This document shows, piece after piece, positions 47,263-57,275 of a stretch of 64,000 nt of DNA. The stretch is from Candidatus Omnitrophota bacterium. Its GTDB lineage: Bacteria > Omnitrophota > Gorgyraeia > Zapsychrales > Fredricksoniimonadaceae. Below the pieces are notes generated by a model. The model ran no database searches and was not told the origin of the DNA. It saw nothing but the letters and a program-made list of their open reading frames with translations. Made by a program: the position numbers and the translations under genes. The DNA lies in contig JBGAJA010000002.1 in the NCBI GenBank assembly GCA_044225175.1, forward strand, positions 600,991 to 664,990. Direction: 5' to 3'. The first letter of the stretch is position 1; every line of letters begins with the position of its first letter.

Positions 47263-49053
47263 ATGAATACCTCAAACATTCGAAATTTCTCTATCATAGC
47301 TCATATTGACCATGGAAAAAGCACCTTAGCTGACAGGCTTATGTTGCATGCAGGTGCCATTGAAGAGCGTAAATTCAAGAATCAAATGCTAGATGATATG
47401 GACCTCGAGCGTGAACGAGGAATTACCATCAAAGCTTCCGCAGTACGTTTGAACTACAAGGCCAAAGACGGAAAAGATTACATATTAAATTTGATCGACA
47501 CTCCAGGCCACGTGGATTTTTCCTATGAAGTTGAGAAGTCATTACGTGCATGCGAAGGAGCCTTGCTTTTAATTGATGTCACTCAAGGTGTTGAGTCTCA
47601 GACGATTGCTAATTATTATTTAGCTATCGACAGTAATCTTGAAATCTTACCTGTTATTAACAAAATTGATATTGCAAATGCCGATATTGATGAAGCCAAA
47701 CGCCAATTCAGAGAAGTTCTCAAGTTTAAAGAAGAAGACATCCAACTTGTCTCTGCCAAAGAAGGTATTAATATTGACGGGTTGCTTGAGAAAATAGTGG
47801 CTTTTATTCCGCCTCCTGAGATTACGACCAATGCTCCTTTAAAAGCACTGATCTTTGATATGAAATATGACATTTATAAAGGAATCATTATTTATATCCG
47901 TCTTTTTGATGGCATGATCAAGCCGGATATGAAGATTCGTTTCATGAATGTGAATAAAGATTTTGTTGTTCAAGAGGTTGGAATTTTTGCTCCTGATATT
48001 CAAAAAATGAAGACTCTTTCTGCAGGCGAAGTAGGCTACATCACATGTAATTTGCACGATCCTAAGGAGGTTCGTGTGGGTGACACAATTACTGAGGTTG
48101 CAAATCCAACTGCACAGCCTTTAGAAGGTTATCGACAATTAAAACCATTTGTGTTTTGTGGTGTTTATCCAGTGAATGCTGGAGATTATGCTTCTATGAG
48201 AGAGGCTATGGATAAGCTGCATTTATCTGATCCTAGCTTTGTGTATGAACATGAAACATCTCAATCGTTTGGCCATGGATTTCGCTGCGGATTCTTAGGA
48301 CTTTTGCATATGGAAATTGTCCAAGAACGCTTAGAGCGTGAGTATGATTTGAATCTAATCTTAACGACACCCAACGTCGGTTATAAAGTTGTCATGCGAA
48401 GTGGAGATGTAATTGAATTAGAAAATCCTTCTGAGCTTCCAACAGGTGCAGATGTATTACGTATTGAAGAGCCAATTCTTGCTGTTTCTATTTTTACACC
48501 AGTCACCTTTATGGATCAAGTGATGGAGCTTTCCAAACGCAAGCGTGGGATTTATCAGAAGAGTGAATTTATTGGGGATCGCATGAAGATTATTTTTGAC
48601 ATCCCTCTTTCTGAAGTAATTGTAGATTTCAATGATCAAATTAAATCAGCTACTCGTGGTTATGGTTCAATTGACTACGACTTTAAGGAATACTCACCCG
48701 CTCAAATTACTAAGATGGATATTCTAATCAATGATGATCCGTGCGATGCGTTTTCTTGTATGGTCCATAAAGACCGCGCTTATGACAAAGGTCTAGCGTT
48801 GGTCAGTAAGCTCAAAGATTTAATTCCTCAGCAGCTTTTTGAGATTCGTATTCAAGCAACCGCAGATGGCAGAATCATTTCTTCTGCACGTATTAAATCA
48901 ACTGGAAAGAATGTCACAGCCAAATGCTATGGTGGGGATATTTCACGTAAAAGAAAACTGTGGGAGAAGCAAAAGGAAGGTAAAAAGAAGCTCAAACAAA
49001 TCGGGAGAGTGGAGGTCCCACAAGAGGCATTCTTAGCTGCTCTTAAAATTTAA
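47263..49053 (+). CDS. lepA: Elongation factor 4
   Basis: IRNFSIIAHIDHGKSTLADR, ERERGITIK, GFRCGFLGLLH, KCYGGDISRKRKL. Confidence 0.99.
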   Translation: MNTSNIRNFSIIAHIDHGKSTLADRLMLHAGAIEERKFKNQMLDDMDLERERGITIKASAVRLNYKAKDGKDYILNLIDTPGHVDFSYEVEKSLRACEGALLLIDVTQGVESQTIANYYLAIDSNLEILPVINKIDIANADIDEAKRQFREVLKFKEEDIQLVSAKEGINIDGLLEKIVAFIPPPEITTNAPLKALIFDMKYDIYKGIIIYIRLFDGMIKPDMKIRFMNVNKDFVVQEVGIFAPDIQKMKTLSAGEVGYITCNLHDPKEVRVGDTITEVANPTAQPLEGYRQLKPFVFCGVYPVNAGDYASMREAMDKLHLSDPSFVYEHETSQSFGHGFRCGFLGLLHMEIVQERLEREYDLNLILTTPNVGYKVVMRSGDVIELENPSELPTGADVLRIEEPILAVSIFTPVTFMDQVMELSKRKRGIYQKSEFIGDRMKIIFDIPLSEVIVDFNDQIKSATRGYGSIDYDFKEYSPAQITKMDILINDDPCDAFSCMVHKDRAYDKGLALVSKLKDLIPQQLFEIRIQATADGRIISSARIKSTGKNVTAKCYGGDISRKRKLWEKQKEGKKKLKQIGRVEVPQEAFLAALKI

Positions 49054-49055
49054 AT

Positions 49056-49715
49056 ATGACAAAAAGACAAAATAAGTCCCAATTACGAGAATGGATTGAA
49101 TCCATTGTCATAGCTTTAGTATTAGCTGTTTTTATTCGCACTTATTTCGTTCAGCCCTTTAAGATTCCTAGTGGTTCTATGCGTATGACCCTTGTAGAAG
49201 GGGATCATTTATTTGTCAATAAACTGCGCTATGGGCCTATTCTCCTGCCAGAATTACATGCGCCGGATTTTTTAAGACAATGGATGGGGCCAAATTTTGA
49301 TATTCAATGGCCGGATGCTTTGAAGCCATTTGCCAATGTTCGTCTTCCTGGATTTGGTCATCCCAAAAGAGGAGATATTGTCGTGTTTGTTTTTCCTCAA
49401 GACCGTACTAAAGATTTCATTAAACGTTTAATCGGATTGCCTGGCGATCAAATTCAAATTAAAGATGGAACTATATTCATTAATGGAGAAGCTTTCTCGG
49501 ATCCTAAGATTAAAAATATTTATTATTATAATCGAGGAGATTATGGGCAAGAAGGTGCAACCATAACGGTTCCTCCAGGACATTATTTTATGATGGGAGA
49601 CAATAGCGGATCAAGTTATGATAGCCGTTATTGGGGCTTTGTAAAAGAAAGCGACATTATAGGTAAAGCTGATCTGTTATTTTTTCCATTGGATCGTATT
49701 CGTTTAATTAAATGA
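49056..49715 (+). CDS. lepB: Signal peptidase I
   Basis: FKIPSGSM, FIKRLIGLPGD, MGDN...SYDSRYWG; follows lepA. Confidence 0.97.
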   Translation: MTKRQNKSQLREWIESIVIALVLAVFIRTYFVQPFKIPSGSMRMTLVEGDHLFVNKLRYGPILLPELHAPDFLRQWMGPNFDIQWPDALKPFANVRLPGFGHPKRGDIVVFVFPQDRTKDFIKRLIGLPGDQIQIKDGTIFINGEAFSDPKIKNIYYYNRGDYGQEGATITVPPGHYFMMGDNSGSSYDSRYWGFVKESDIIGKADLLFFPLDRIRLIK

Positions 49716-50062
49716 TGAAAATTTCAACTTTAATTTTGTGTATAGCCTTAAGCATGCTTTTAGGCTGTCAAACCAATCGTCCTAAACCAGCTTCGCAAAC
49801 TGAAACAACTTCACAAATTGTTTCTGCTCTTGGAACAGTAACCGAGGGGCTGACAAATCAAAATATAGACCAAAAGGATTTGAGAAATTTAGCAGTTCAA
49901 GTTCAGAAGGACCCTAATACTAAATCTGCTGTTGAATCTATTAATCAAGCTTTGAGTGCTCAGCAAAAAGGGGTGAAATATTGTCCAGTCGATGGACAGC
50001 GTTTTAGTTCGTCTGTTGATATCTGTCCTATTCATAAGGTGAAATTAAAATTGGTTGAGTAG
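49712..50062 (+). CDS. Putative lipoprotein with C-terminal Cys/His motif
   Basis: Lipobox LLGC; YCPVDGQRF....CPIH.VKL. Confidence 0.7.
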   Translation: MMKISTLILCIALSMLLGCQTNRPKPASQTETTSQIVSALGTVTEGLTNQNIDQKDLRNLAVQVQKDPNTKSAVESINQALSAQQKGVKYCPVDGQRFSSSVDICPIHKVKLKLVE

Positions 50063-50086
50063 AGACGCATTGCAATGCGTCTCTAC
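50059..50086. repeat. 28-bp perfect GTAG palindrome (copy 1)
   Basis: GTAGAGACGCATTGCAATGCGTCTCTAC. Confidence 0.9.
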
Positions 50087-50099
50087 AATTAATAAAGAT

Positions 50100-50669
50100 A
50101 TGTCCCTAACCTTTGCCAACAAAGTCACCATCGGTCGCATTTTACTTGTGCCATTTTTTATTGCCACCGTCTTGTCCTTTTCTCCTGAACGATCATATTT
50201 ACGCTGGATAGCTTTAGGTCTTTTTTTAATCGCTGTTATCTCAGATATCATTGATGGATATATCGCACGTACTTTTCATCAAAAAACTAAGGCTGGGGCC
50301 ATTCTTGATCCATTGGCAGATAAAGTACTTTTGATCAGTGCTTTCATTTGTCTATATATTCGTCGAGGAAGCTTTGAAGAATTTGTTTTTCCTTTGTGGT
50401 TTGTGGTTGCTATTATCAGCCGGGATATGATTCTTATTTTGGGGGCTAGTATTGTTCAGTTAATGACAGGCAGATTAGACATTGCAGCCAATCGATCAGG
50501 CAAAATTACTGCCTTTTTACAAATTGTTTGTATTCTAGGAATGCTTTTACAGTGGAAGATTACTGAAGTATTTTGGTATTTAGCTCTTATAGCAACCATT
50601 GTTTCGGGAATCATCTATATTAAGAAAGGGATCCAAGCTATCAATGGACATAGTTCTATTTCTCGTTAG
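50100..50669 (+). CDS. pgsA: CDP-alcohol phosphatidyltransferase (PgsA-like)
   Basis: ANKVTIGR, SDIIDGYIAR, GAILDPLADK; ATG at 50100. Confidence 0.9.
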   Translation: MSLTFANKVTIGRILLVPFFIATVLSFSPERSYLRWIALGLFLIAVISDIIDGYIARTFHQKTKAGAILDPLADKVLLISAFICLYIRRGSFEEFVFPLWFVVAIISRDMILILGASIVQLMTGRLDIAANRSGKITAFLQIVCILGMLLQWKITEVFWYLALIATIVSGIIYIKKGIQAINGHSSISR

Positions 50670-51273
50670 TTTAGTTGTGACCTATTTAATTGGGGCAATT
50701 CCTACGGCCTATATTTTTGGGCGCATTTTGAAGAAAATTGACATTCGTCAGCACGGTTCTGGAAATGTGGGAGCCACCAATGCCTTTCGTGTCTTAGGGA
50801 AAGTCCCTGGAACAGCAGTGCTATTAATTGACATCGTTAAGGGAATTATTCCAACAACAATTATTGCTAATTTAACTGGCTTTAATAGTCCTTGGATGTT
50901 GGTTATTTATGGAATGGTAGCTGTTGCTGCTCATAATTGGACCGTATTTTTGAATTTTAAAGGCGGCAAGGGAATTGCAACGAGCCTGGGAGTGCTTATT
51001 GGTTTGGCCATTCAAATCCCTGGTTTGCGTATTGTTCTTTTGGTAGTTTTGGGTGTTTGGTTGGCTGTTTTCTTAGCTTCGGGCTATGTTTCTTTGGCCT
51101 CTATCTTTGCGGCCTTGGCTTTACCGATTTGCATGGTCATGATTGATGCCCCCTTTGTATTTAAAATCATGTCTATCATTCTGTGTGTTTTTATAGTTTT
51201 TCGTCATTATGCCAATATCAAACGTCTATTCCAGGGCAAAGAAAACCGCGTCAAGCTTCCGTATTTAAAGTAA
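50644..51273 (+). CDS. plsY: Glycerol-3-phosphate acyltransferase PlsY
   Basis: YLIGAIP, DIRQHGSGNVGATN, FKGGKGIATSLG, RH.ANIKRL..G.E; ATG at 50644. Confidence 0.96.
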   Translation: MDIVLFLVSLVVTYLIGAIPTAYIFGRILKKIDIRQHGSGNVGATNAFRVLGKVPGTAVLLIDIVKGIIPTTIIANLTGFNSPWMLVIYGMVAVAAHNWTVFLNFKGGKGIATSLGVLIGLAIQIPGLRIVLLVVLGVWLAVFLASGYVSLASIFAALALPICMVMIDAPFVFKIMSIILCVFIVFRHYANIKRLFQGKENRVKLPYLK

Positions 51274-51461
51274 CGAATCCCCTCTTCTTTTTAGGTCGAT
51301 TTAATAATAATTTTTTTATTATTTGGTGTCTTTTAAGCTATTTTATATATGGGAAACGCTTTCTCATAATAGGGTAGATTGCCTGGTTTTCGACTTGACA
51401 GGTGGTATACTTCAAGTAAGAGGGAAAAACAGAAATCAATACACAGCTATGGAAAGGTCCC

Positions 51462-51812
51462 ATGAAAGACATACTGCATAAAACGAACGAAATATTAAAG
51501 GGTAAGGGCAAAAGAATATTGATTGAAGAACATTCTCAAGATAAAGAGTGTGTTTCAAATATACGTAAAAACTTCTTATACCTTGCTAAAGAGGTAGATT
51601 TTCAAGAAGACCCATGTGTGCCGGAGGTGCGTGTACGTAAGTCTTATGATAGTTTAAATCGCAATGAGAAGTTTTGCATGAGGGTTAAAGGGTTCTTCTA
51701 TATTAATCGCAATCGACGCCTCATTAAGGTGGGGTATCATCATACGTTGAAGATCTTGTTGCACTGGAAGTCAGCTATTGTTTCTCCAAGTAAATCGGTG
51801 TCATTGGCCTAG
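51462..51812 (+). CDS. Hypothetical protein (basic, 116 aa)
   Basis: Stand-alone ORF filling an intergenic gap, GGAAAGG upstream; no recognisable motif. Confidence 0.55.
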   Translation: MKDILHKTNEILKGKGKRILIEEHSQDKECVSNIRKNFLYLAKEVDFQEDPCVPEVRVRKSYDSLNRNEKFCMRVKGFFYINRNRRLIKVGYHHTLKILLHWKSAIVSPSKSVSLA

Positions 51813-51877
51813 GAAACCATCCCGATGTATATGGGCAAAAAGCTTCATTCTAAAAAGGAATGAGGCTTTTTTGTTGA

Positions 51878-53515
51878 TCACTTCTTTTTGCGGTTTCTTT
51901 TGCCTTTATCGCTCACCCAGAATTCCAGATATTTTCCAAACATTAATCGAGTCTGAGCGTCTAAAGCGGGGAGGGCGCTTAAGAAAACCAAGATAAAAGG
52001 AATGAGTAACCATTCTAAGGCATGGCCAATTTTGACTAGGAAAGGGTATCGTACATCAGCTTTAGGAAGAAGGGCAATGCTTAGAATCACAGAGGTAATT
52101 AAGCACAAGGATGCAAGATTAAAGATGATACTTGAGATTTGAGGGATATTGTAATAAACCACGGAAGAAGCAAATTCATGGCGTGCAAAGACAATCGTCA
52201 GCCAGCCTTCAAAAGTCAGAATAAACCCCCATGTAGCCCAAGACCAATGGCCTTCCAGCAATTTAAACGCATGTCGAATTTTATCCCAGACAGGGATTCT
52301 TTTGTTGTAGATAAATGCTCGTAGAACTAATGGAATATTTTCGACCCCCCAAGCCCAGCGGCGTTTTTGTTTATAGACGCTTTTAACTGTCTCCCACCAA
52401 TTCTTGGCGCTCACAATGTCCATAGAAAGTGTGACATACATAGGGATAACTTGATATTTTCCGTCATAGTGAATGTAACATTTCCAAAAAATGGCAGAAT
52501 CATCTGAAATCATGTCCACAGGCCAATAATCTACATCAACGAGGGCTTTAAAACTCATGCTATGGGAAGAAAATGTCACAAGTTTCTCAGGATTCGTTGC
52601 TTCAATCAATTGAAAGAAGGATGATCCACTTTCGATGACTCGGGCGAACCCTGGGACATGCCAAATATTATTATGATACACAGGAATTGGTTGGAAACTG
52701 CAGCGCTGGCGTTCTGGGGTAATCATAAAGTGGTAGGTTAGACAAGCAAAGTAGTTTTTATCCACAACCGTATCTGCATCAAAGCAGGAGACTATGACAT
52801 TCTCAAAGAGAATATTTCGTTGGTTCAGGTACTCGGTGGCTTTTTTAGCTGCGTATGTCACATTGGCGCCCTTGACTCTGGCCTCTCCAGGAATATCGCT
52901 TGGATGAAGAACGCTCATACAATCATAAAAGAAAGATTTATATTTGTTTTCGATTTCAAAGACTCCATCTTTGATGTTTTGAGCGGCACGTTCTTCTAGG
53001 GCAAACACAATAATAATTTGTTTAGAAGAAAATTGTTGGTCCTTGATGGCCCGAATGGCGGGTTCAATAACCTCATGAGATTCTTTGATAATGGGGAAAA
53101 TGACCAGATGATAAATATCATTGGATAAGGCAGATAAATTCTTACTATCTTTAAGTTTTTTTAGTGATTGGTAGTGGACCCAAAGAGGATAAGACTTTTT
53201 TGAGGCAGGAACTTTATGAGGTTTTCCTAGAATAATATCATCGACTTCCTGGACTCTTTTTATCCATTTTGTTTCATTTTCCATATGTAAACGCATATAG
53301 GAAAGGACCAGAAATAACGTCAAATAAAGAAGTCTAAGAAGCCAGCAAAGATAAAAGGAAATGGTGATGATCGCTGCAGTAAATGGAAAAAATATTGCAA
53401 GAAAAGCCATAGCTAACAATGTCATCCAGCTAAGAAATCCAGGAAGTATTTCCAATCTTCTTTGCCAGATAGCATCTTTGGGTTTTAGATTCTCTTTTGA
53501 ATAATTAAAACGCAT
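51878..53515 (-). CDS. Membrane GT2-family glycosyltransferase
   Basis: KGAN, FDADT (DxD), ISDD, KQKRRWAWG (QxxRW), N- and C-terminal TM helices; likely start ATG 53515. Confidence 0.88.
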   Translation of the reverse strand: MRFNYSKENLKPKDAIWQRRLEILPGFLSWMTLLAMAFLAIFFPFTAAIITISFYLCWLLRLLYLTLFLVLSYMRLHMENETKWIKRVQEVDDIILGKPHKVPASKKSYPLWVHYQSLKKLKDSKNLSALSNDIYHLVIFPIIKESHEVIEPAIRAIKDQQFSSKQIIIVFALEERAAQNIKDGVFEIENKYKSFFYDCMSVLHPSDIPGEARVKGANVTYAAKKATEYLNQRNILFENVIVSCFDADTVVDKNYFACLTYHFMITPERQRCSFQPIPVYHNNIWHVPGFARVIESGSSFFQLIEATNPEKLVTFSSHSMSFKALVDVDYWPVDMISDDSAIFWKCYIHYDGKYQVIPMYVTLSMDIVSAKNWWETVKSVYKQKRRWAWGVENIPLVLRAFIYNKRIPVWDKIRHAFKLLEGHWSWATWGFILTFEGWLTIVFARHEFASSVVYYNIPQISSIIFNLASLCLITSVILSIALLPKADVRYPFLVKIGHALEWLLIPFILVFLSALPALDAQTRLMFGKYLEFWVSDKGKRNRKKK

Positions 53516-54761
53516 GATTAACTTCCTTGAGTCTAAGTTTATCCGCAATCACTTGTGGGGTTAAAGGAATTTGTCTCAGAATTTGGACGCTAGCAAGTAA
53601 GCTTTCTTGTGGCTCAATAAAATAAATTCTTCCTGTCTTCTCATTGTAGAAGAACGAAGTGTCAGATCGAATATTGGTGATTTTTTGTATTCGATTGGTA
53701 CCAAACATTTCTTTATCCAATAGAAAGACCTCATTGTTGTCTTTAAACAATACATTGGAGGCATTATTGGCCCAGAAAGCTTGAGAAATGTTATGTCCTT
53801 TTTGGAAAAGCCAACGCAAAGACTTTTGACTATTGTCCCACATGCCGATTTTGGTAGGGGTGAAAATGAGAAGAGAGTTTTTATTCTCGTCACCAATAGT
53901 TCCTTTAAAGTTCATTAATTTAAATGAGGATTTCTTGGAAAGAGGAATCTCTTTGGCGGCAATATCCGGAAAGATTGCTTTGGCTTTAATATCAATACGG
54001 TTGGTTTGAGTTGGGTAGTATACATAAATGATTTTCTCTTCATTAGCCTCCCACCAGAGTTTAGCAGGCTCCATGGGGATTAAATCGCTAATATCTTCAA
54101 CATGGATTTGTTTGTCCCTGGCATCAATCCATAAATATTTATCCTTTGTCTCCATAAGAATATGGATGATAAAAAATGGACTCTTAGGTACAGTAAAGAA
54201 ATTGATAATCTGTCCTTCGCTATAAATGAATTCTTCGGGTAAGAGTTTGGATACCAATGAGGAGTCAATCTGAACGCTGTTATCTTCTGATGAAGCTTTG
54301 TTGAGTCGAAGAAGGTAAAGGTCTTTGATCGTTTGTTTGTTCCACATTAAAAGGGCGCTTTCATCTCCAACGGCTTGGATATGTTCAAAATGAATAGGGC
54401 TAAGTGGTCTAATTAGCCATTGGGGAGGTGTTAAAAGAATGTTTTCAAGGACAGTTGCTTTACGAGCAACAACGGGAATTATATTGTCCCAGTTTTGATA
54501 ACCTTTGAGTTTCAAGATCACCTTATAATCATTGGGAGTCAGATCGCGAATCATGGTTGGGGTTGTTTCATTGGCTAAGTTCTCATTAATGAAGACTTGA
54601 GCTCCAGGAGGGTTAGTTGAGACGTAAATAATGCCTGTCTTGACGAATTGATGTCTTTGGGGATTATAGACGAATCCCATGAGTCGAAGGATGAGTAAGG
54701 GGCAGACAACCAAATAAATAGCTGCAAAAATGTAGAAGAATATTTTTCTTAGAGTGGGCAT
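53505..54761 (-). CDS. PEGA-domain membrane-anchored protein
   Basis: N-terminal TM, KTGIIYVSTNPPGAQVFIN...TP..IRDLTP..Y.V.L.LKGYQ.W, beta-rich C-terminus. Confidence 0.8.
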   Translation of the reverse strand: MPTLRKIFFYIFAAIYLVVCPLLILRLMGFVYNPQRHQFVKTGIIYVSTNPPGAQVFINENLANETTPTMIRDLTPNDYKVILKLKGYQNWDNIIPVVARKATVLENILLTPPQWLIRPLSPIHFEHIQAVGDESALLMWNKQTIKDLYLLRLNKASSEDNSVQIDSSLVSKLLPEEFIYSEGQIINFFTVPKSPFFIIHILMETKDKYLWIDARDKQIHVEDISDLIPMEPAKLWWEANEEKIIYVYYPTQTNRIDIKAKAIFPDIAAKEIPLSKKSSFKLMNFKGTIGDENKNSLLIFTPTKIGMWDNSQKSLRWLFQKGHNISQAFWANNASNVLFKDNNEVFLLDKEMFGTNRIQKITNIRSDTSFFYNEKTGRIYFIEPQESLLASVQILRQIPLTPQVIADKLRLKEVNHAF

Positions 54762-54821
54762 AAACGTCGTCAATCTTAAATCAACATATCGAATAAGTCA
54801 ATTAAAGGAATTAGAGGCTGC

Positions 54822-54855
54822 TTGACATATTACTTAGCTTATGCTAATTTTTAGC
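54822..54855 (+). promoter_or_regulatory. Promoter with overlapping palindromic operator for the MarR efflux operon
   Basis: TTGACA-17 nt-TAATTT with extended -10 TG; TTAGC-ttat-GCTAA palindrome (54834-54847) overlaps the -10. Confidence 0.6.
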
Positions 54856-54868
54856 GGGGGTTAACTAT

Positions 54869-55309
54869 ATGTCTACTGTTAAACGTCAACAAACAGCTAA
54901 AGCAATTTCGGTCCTCATTCCTCATATTGTCCAAGGGGCGCATTTAGGTGTGTTTGTCAGCCGCTCAATCACACAAACTCAATTCTTGATCCTTGTATGC
55001 CTGCATTCCAAGGGGATCTGTACTATGGGAGATATTGCTTCCCATTTGAAGGTCAGTATGCCGACCGTAACGGGCTTGATTAATCGCTTGGTTGAAGCTA
55101 AATACATTAAACGAATTCCAGATCCTAAAGACCGCCGTCAAGTTATGATTGGCCTCACACCGAAAGCACATACATTTCTAAAACAATTTCAGACAATTAT
55201 TGCTCAGCGCTGGATGGAGGTTCTAAGTATCTTAGATACAAAAGAGCTAGACCATTTTCATTCGATAATTCATAAACTAAATGATTCATTGGAGAAGCAA
55301 AGAACATGA
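54869..55309 (+). CDS. MarR family transcriptional regulator
   Basis: ITQTQFLIL, TMGDIA..L.VSMPTVTGLINRLV...YIKR..DP.DRR...I.LT. Confidence 0.93.
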   Translation: MSTVKRQQTAKAISVLIPHIVQGAHLGVFVSRSITQTQFLILVCLHSKGICTMGDIASHLKVSMPTVTGLINRLVEAKYIKRIPDPKDRRQVMIGLTPKAHTFLKQFQTIIAQRWMEVLSILDTKELDHFHSIIHKLNDSLEKQRT

Positions 55310-56601
55310 GAGTTTTTTTGTCTGTTTTAATTTTTGTCTGGAGTGTGTCCAGTCTTAAGGCCCAAGAGCCGCTTCATTTAAGTCTACATGATGCAGTTGA
55401 TTTAGCTGCAAAGCAAAATCTTCAAGTACTAGCTGCCAACAAACGTGTTCTTCAATCGATGGCTAATATCTCAATTAATAAAGCTGCACTCATGCCGCAA
55501 GTGACAGGTGTGTTTGGAGGAAAAAGACAAACGATTGACACAAGATCATCTGGTATTCAATTTTCAGGCGATCCTCATATAGGACCATTTAATAGTTTTG
55601 ATGCAAGAGGAGAGTTGACCCTCGCTATTTTTGATCCAGAAGCACTCGCTCGTTTGCGGTCAGCAAGAGCAGCAGGGAGACTTTCAAAAGCCCAGACGGT
55701 GAAGGTGAAACAAGATTTATTGGCCCTCGTTGGAGCCATGTATCTGGAAGCCAAAAGGGCAAAAGAGAATATTGATGTAAACAAGATTACTCTTCAAGAA
55801 GCACAGATGCAGTTTCGAGTTTTCGAAACACGTTTTAAGCAAGGATTAGCTTCTGAGTCTGAACTTCAAAAAGCAAAAGTTGACTTGTCTCGTGCAGAGT
55901 ATTCTTATGAGTCTTCTCTCATTAGATCTAAAGAAAAGAATTTGGATTTGGCATCTGCTTTGAATCTTCCTTTGGATCAACAAATAGTTTTTGATGAGGA
56001 TTACAGTGAGCTCACCAAAGAATTGCAAGAGGCAACGCTTTCAGCGGATGTTCTAGTTGCCCAAGGTCAATTAGAGCAAACTCGAGCAGAAGCCCTTCAA
56101 ACTCAAAGACAGTTATTTCCTAAGGTTATAGCTGCTGGTGATTATGGACGAGAGGGAGAGTCCTTTGAACGTTCAAGCAATACATATAGCCTTGGAGTAA
56201 TGATGAAGGTCCCTATTTGGCAAGGTGGAGAAACTCAGGCTCAGATCAAGCAAGCTCAATTGAAGACCCAAGAAGACGAGATTCTGCTTCAAGATGCCAA
56301 GAGTCAAAGTGAAGTCACTTTGAGAAAGGCTAAAGAGCATTTAGTCCAAGCCAAACTCTTTGTTAAATCAACCAATGAGGAGATGCTGTATAACAAATAT
56401 CAGTTGAACATCATTCAAGGTCTTCTGAAATCTGGGCAAGCCAATGAATTGGATGTTGTTCGTTATGAATCCATCTATGCAGCATCTTTAGATCAAAATC
56501 TTGAGGCTCAAGCGTTCTTTTGGACTGCAAAAATCAATTTGGCACATGCCTTAGGAAAGATTGAAGAGATTTTTTCCGCCAATCAGGAGAAACAAAAATG
56601 A
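55306..56601 (+). CDS. TolC family outer-membrane efflux protein
   Basis: Signal peptide, LSLHDAVDLA..QN, two OEP repeats, VPIWQGG. Confidence 0.9.
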   Translation: MRVFLSVLIFVWSVSSLKAQEPLHLSLHDAVDLAAKQNLQVLAANKRVLQSMANISINKAALMPQVTGVFGGKRQTIDTRSSGIQFSGDPHIGPFNSFDARGELTLAIFDPEALARLRSARAAGRLSKAQTVKVKQDLLALVGAMYLEAKRAKENIDVNKITLQEAQMQFRVFETRFKQGLASESELQKAKVDLSRAEYSYESSLIRSKEKNLDLASALNLPLDQQIVFDEDYSELTKELQEATLSADVLVAQGQLEQTRAEALQTQRQLFPKVIAAGDYGREGESFERSSNTYSLGVMMKVPIWQGGETQAQIKQAQLKTQEDEILLQDAKSQSEVTLRKAKEHLVQAKLFVKSTNEEMLYNKYQLNIIQGLLKSGQANELDVVRYESIYAASLDQNLEAQAFFWTAKINLAHALGKIEEIFSANQEKQK

Positions 56602-57275
56602 AGACATTATTTGTGATTACGTTAAGTTTATTTTTGATGACGGGTTGTTCAAAGAAGAATGATGTTTATAGTACCAATTATTCAGGCACATTGGAATTAA
56701 CAGAGCATGTCTTAGGAGCCAAGCTTCCTGGAAGGCTTACAACTTTAACTGTCAAAGAAGGTGACTTAGTTAAGGCTTCTCAACTTTTAGCAACCTTAGA
56801 TCATTATGAACAAGCCAAGAAAGATTTAGAGCGTACTCAAGAGTTATTTAAGAGTGGTGGCGCTACAGCCCAGGCTGTTGAATATGCTCAGCTGACTCTA
56901 CAAGATCAACAAATTGTTTCTCCTATTGATGGGGTTGTTTTAGTAAAAGCTGCTGATATTGGTGAAATGCTGCAGGCAGGAGCTGGGGTGCTTGTCATTG
57001 GGAACCCTCAAGAGCAATGGATCAAGGTTTTCTTGCCTGAAGGTTTGATGGGACAAGTCAAATTAGGACAAAAAACATCCATTCGTGTGGATGGTATTGA
57101 TAAAGCTTATGAAGGGCATGTGAGTTTCATTGGGACCAAAGGAGAATTCACCCCCCGCAATTTGCAATCCAAAGAAGATCGTATGACTCAGGTCTTTGCT
57201 CTAAAGGTTGTTGTGGATCATCCCGATGAAAGTATTCATCCTGGAGTTTCAGCCCAAGTGGAGTTTAAGAAATGA
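56598..57275 (+). CDS. HlyD-family membrane fusion lipoprotein (YbhG-like)
   Basis: Lipobox LMTGC, VKEGDLV, IVSPIDGVV, EFTPRNLQ. Confidence 0.9.
   Translation: MKTLFVITLSLFLMTGCSKKNDVYSTNYSGTLELTEHVLGAKLPGRLTTLTVKEGDLVKASQLLATLDHYEQAKKDLERTQELFKSGGATAQAVEYAQLTLQDQQIVSPIDGVVLVKAADIGEMLQAGAGVLVIGNPQEQWIKVFLPEGLMGQVKLGQKTSIRVDGIDKAYEGHVSFIGTKGEFTPRNLQSKEDRMTQVFALKVVVDHPDESIHPGVSAQVEFKK

Noticed and set aside
51372-51394. GATTGCCTGGTTTTCGA resembling the 3' end of the c-di-GMP riboswitch
   Set aside because: No upstream GGCAAA/GNRA P2 stem or GCAAAGC junction; probably coincidental
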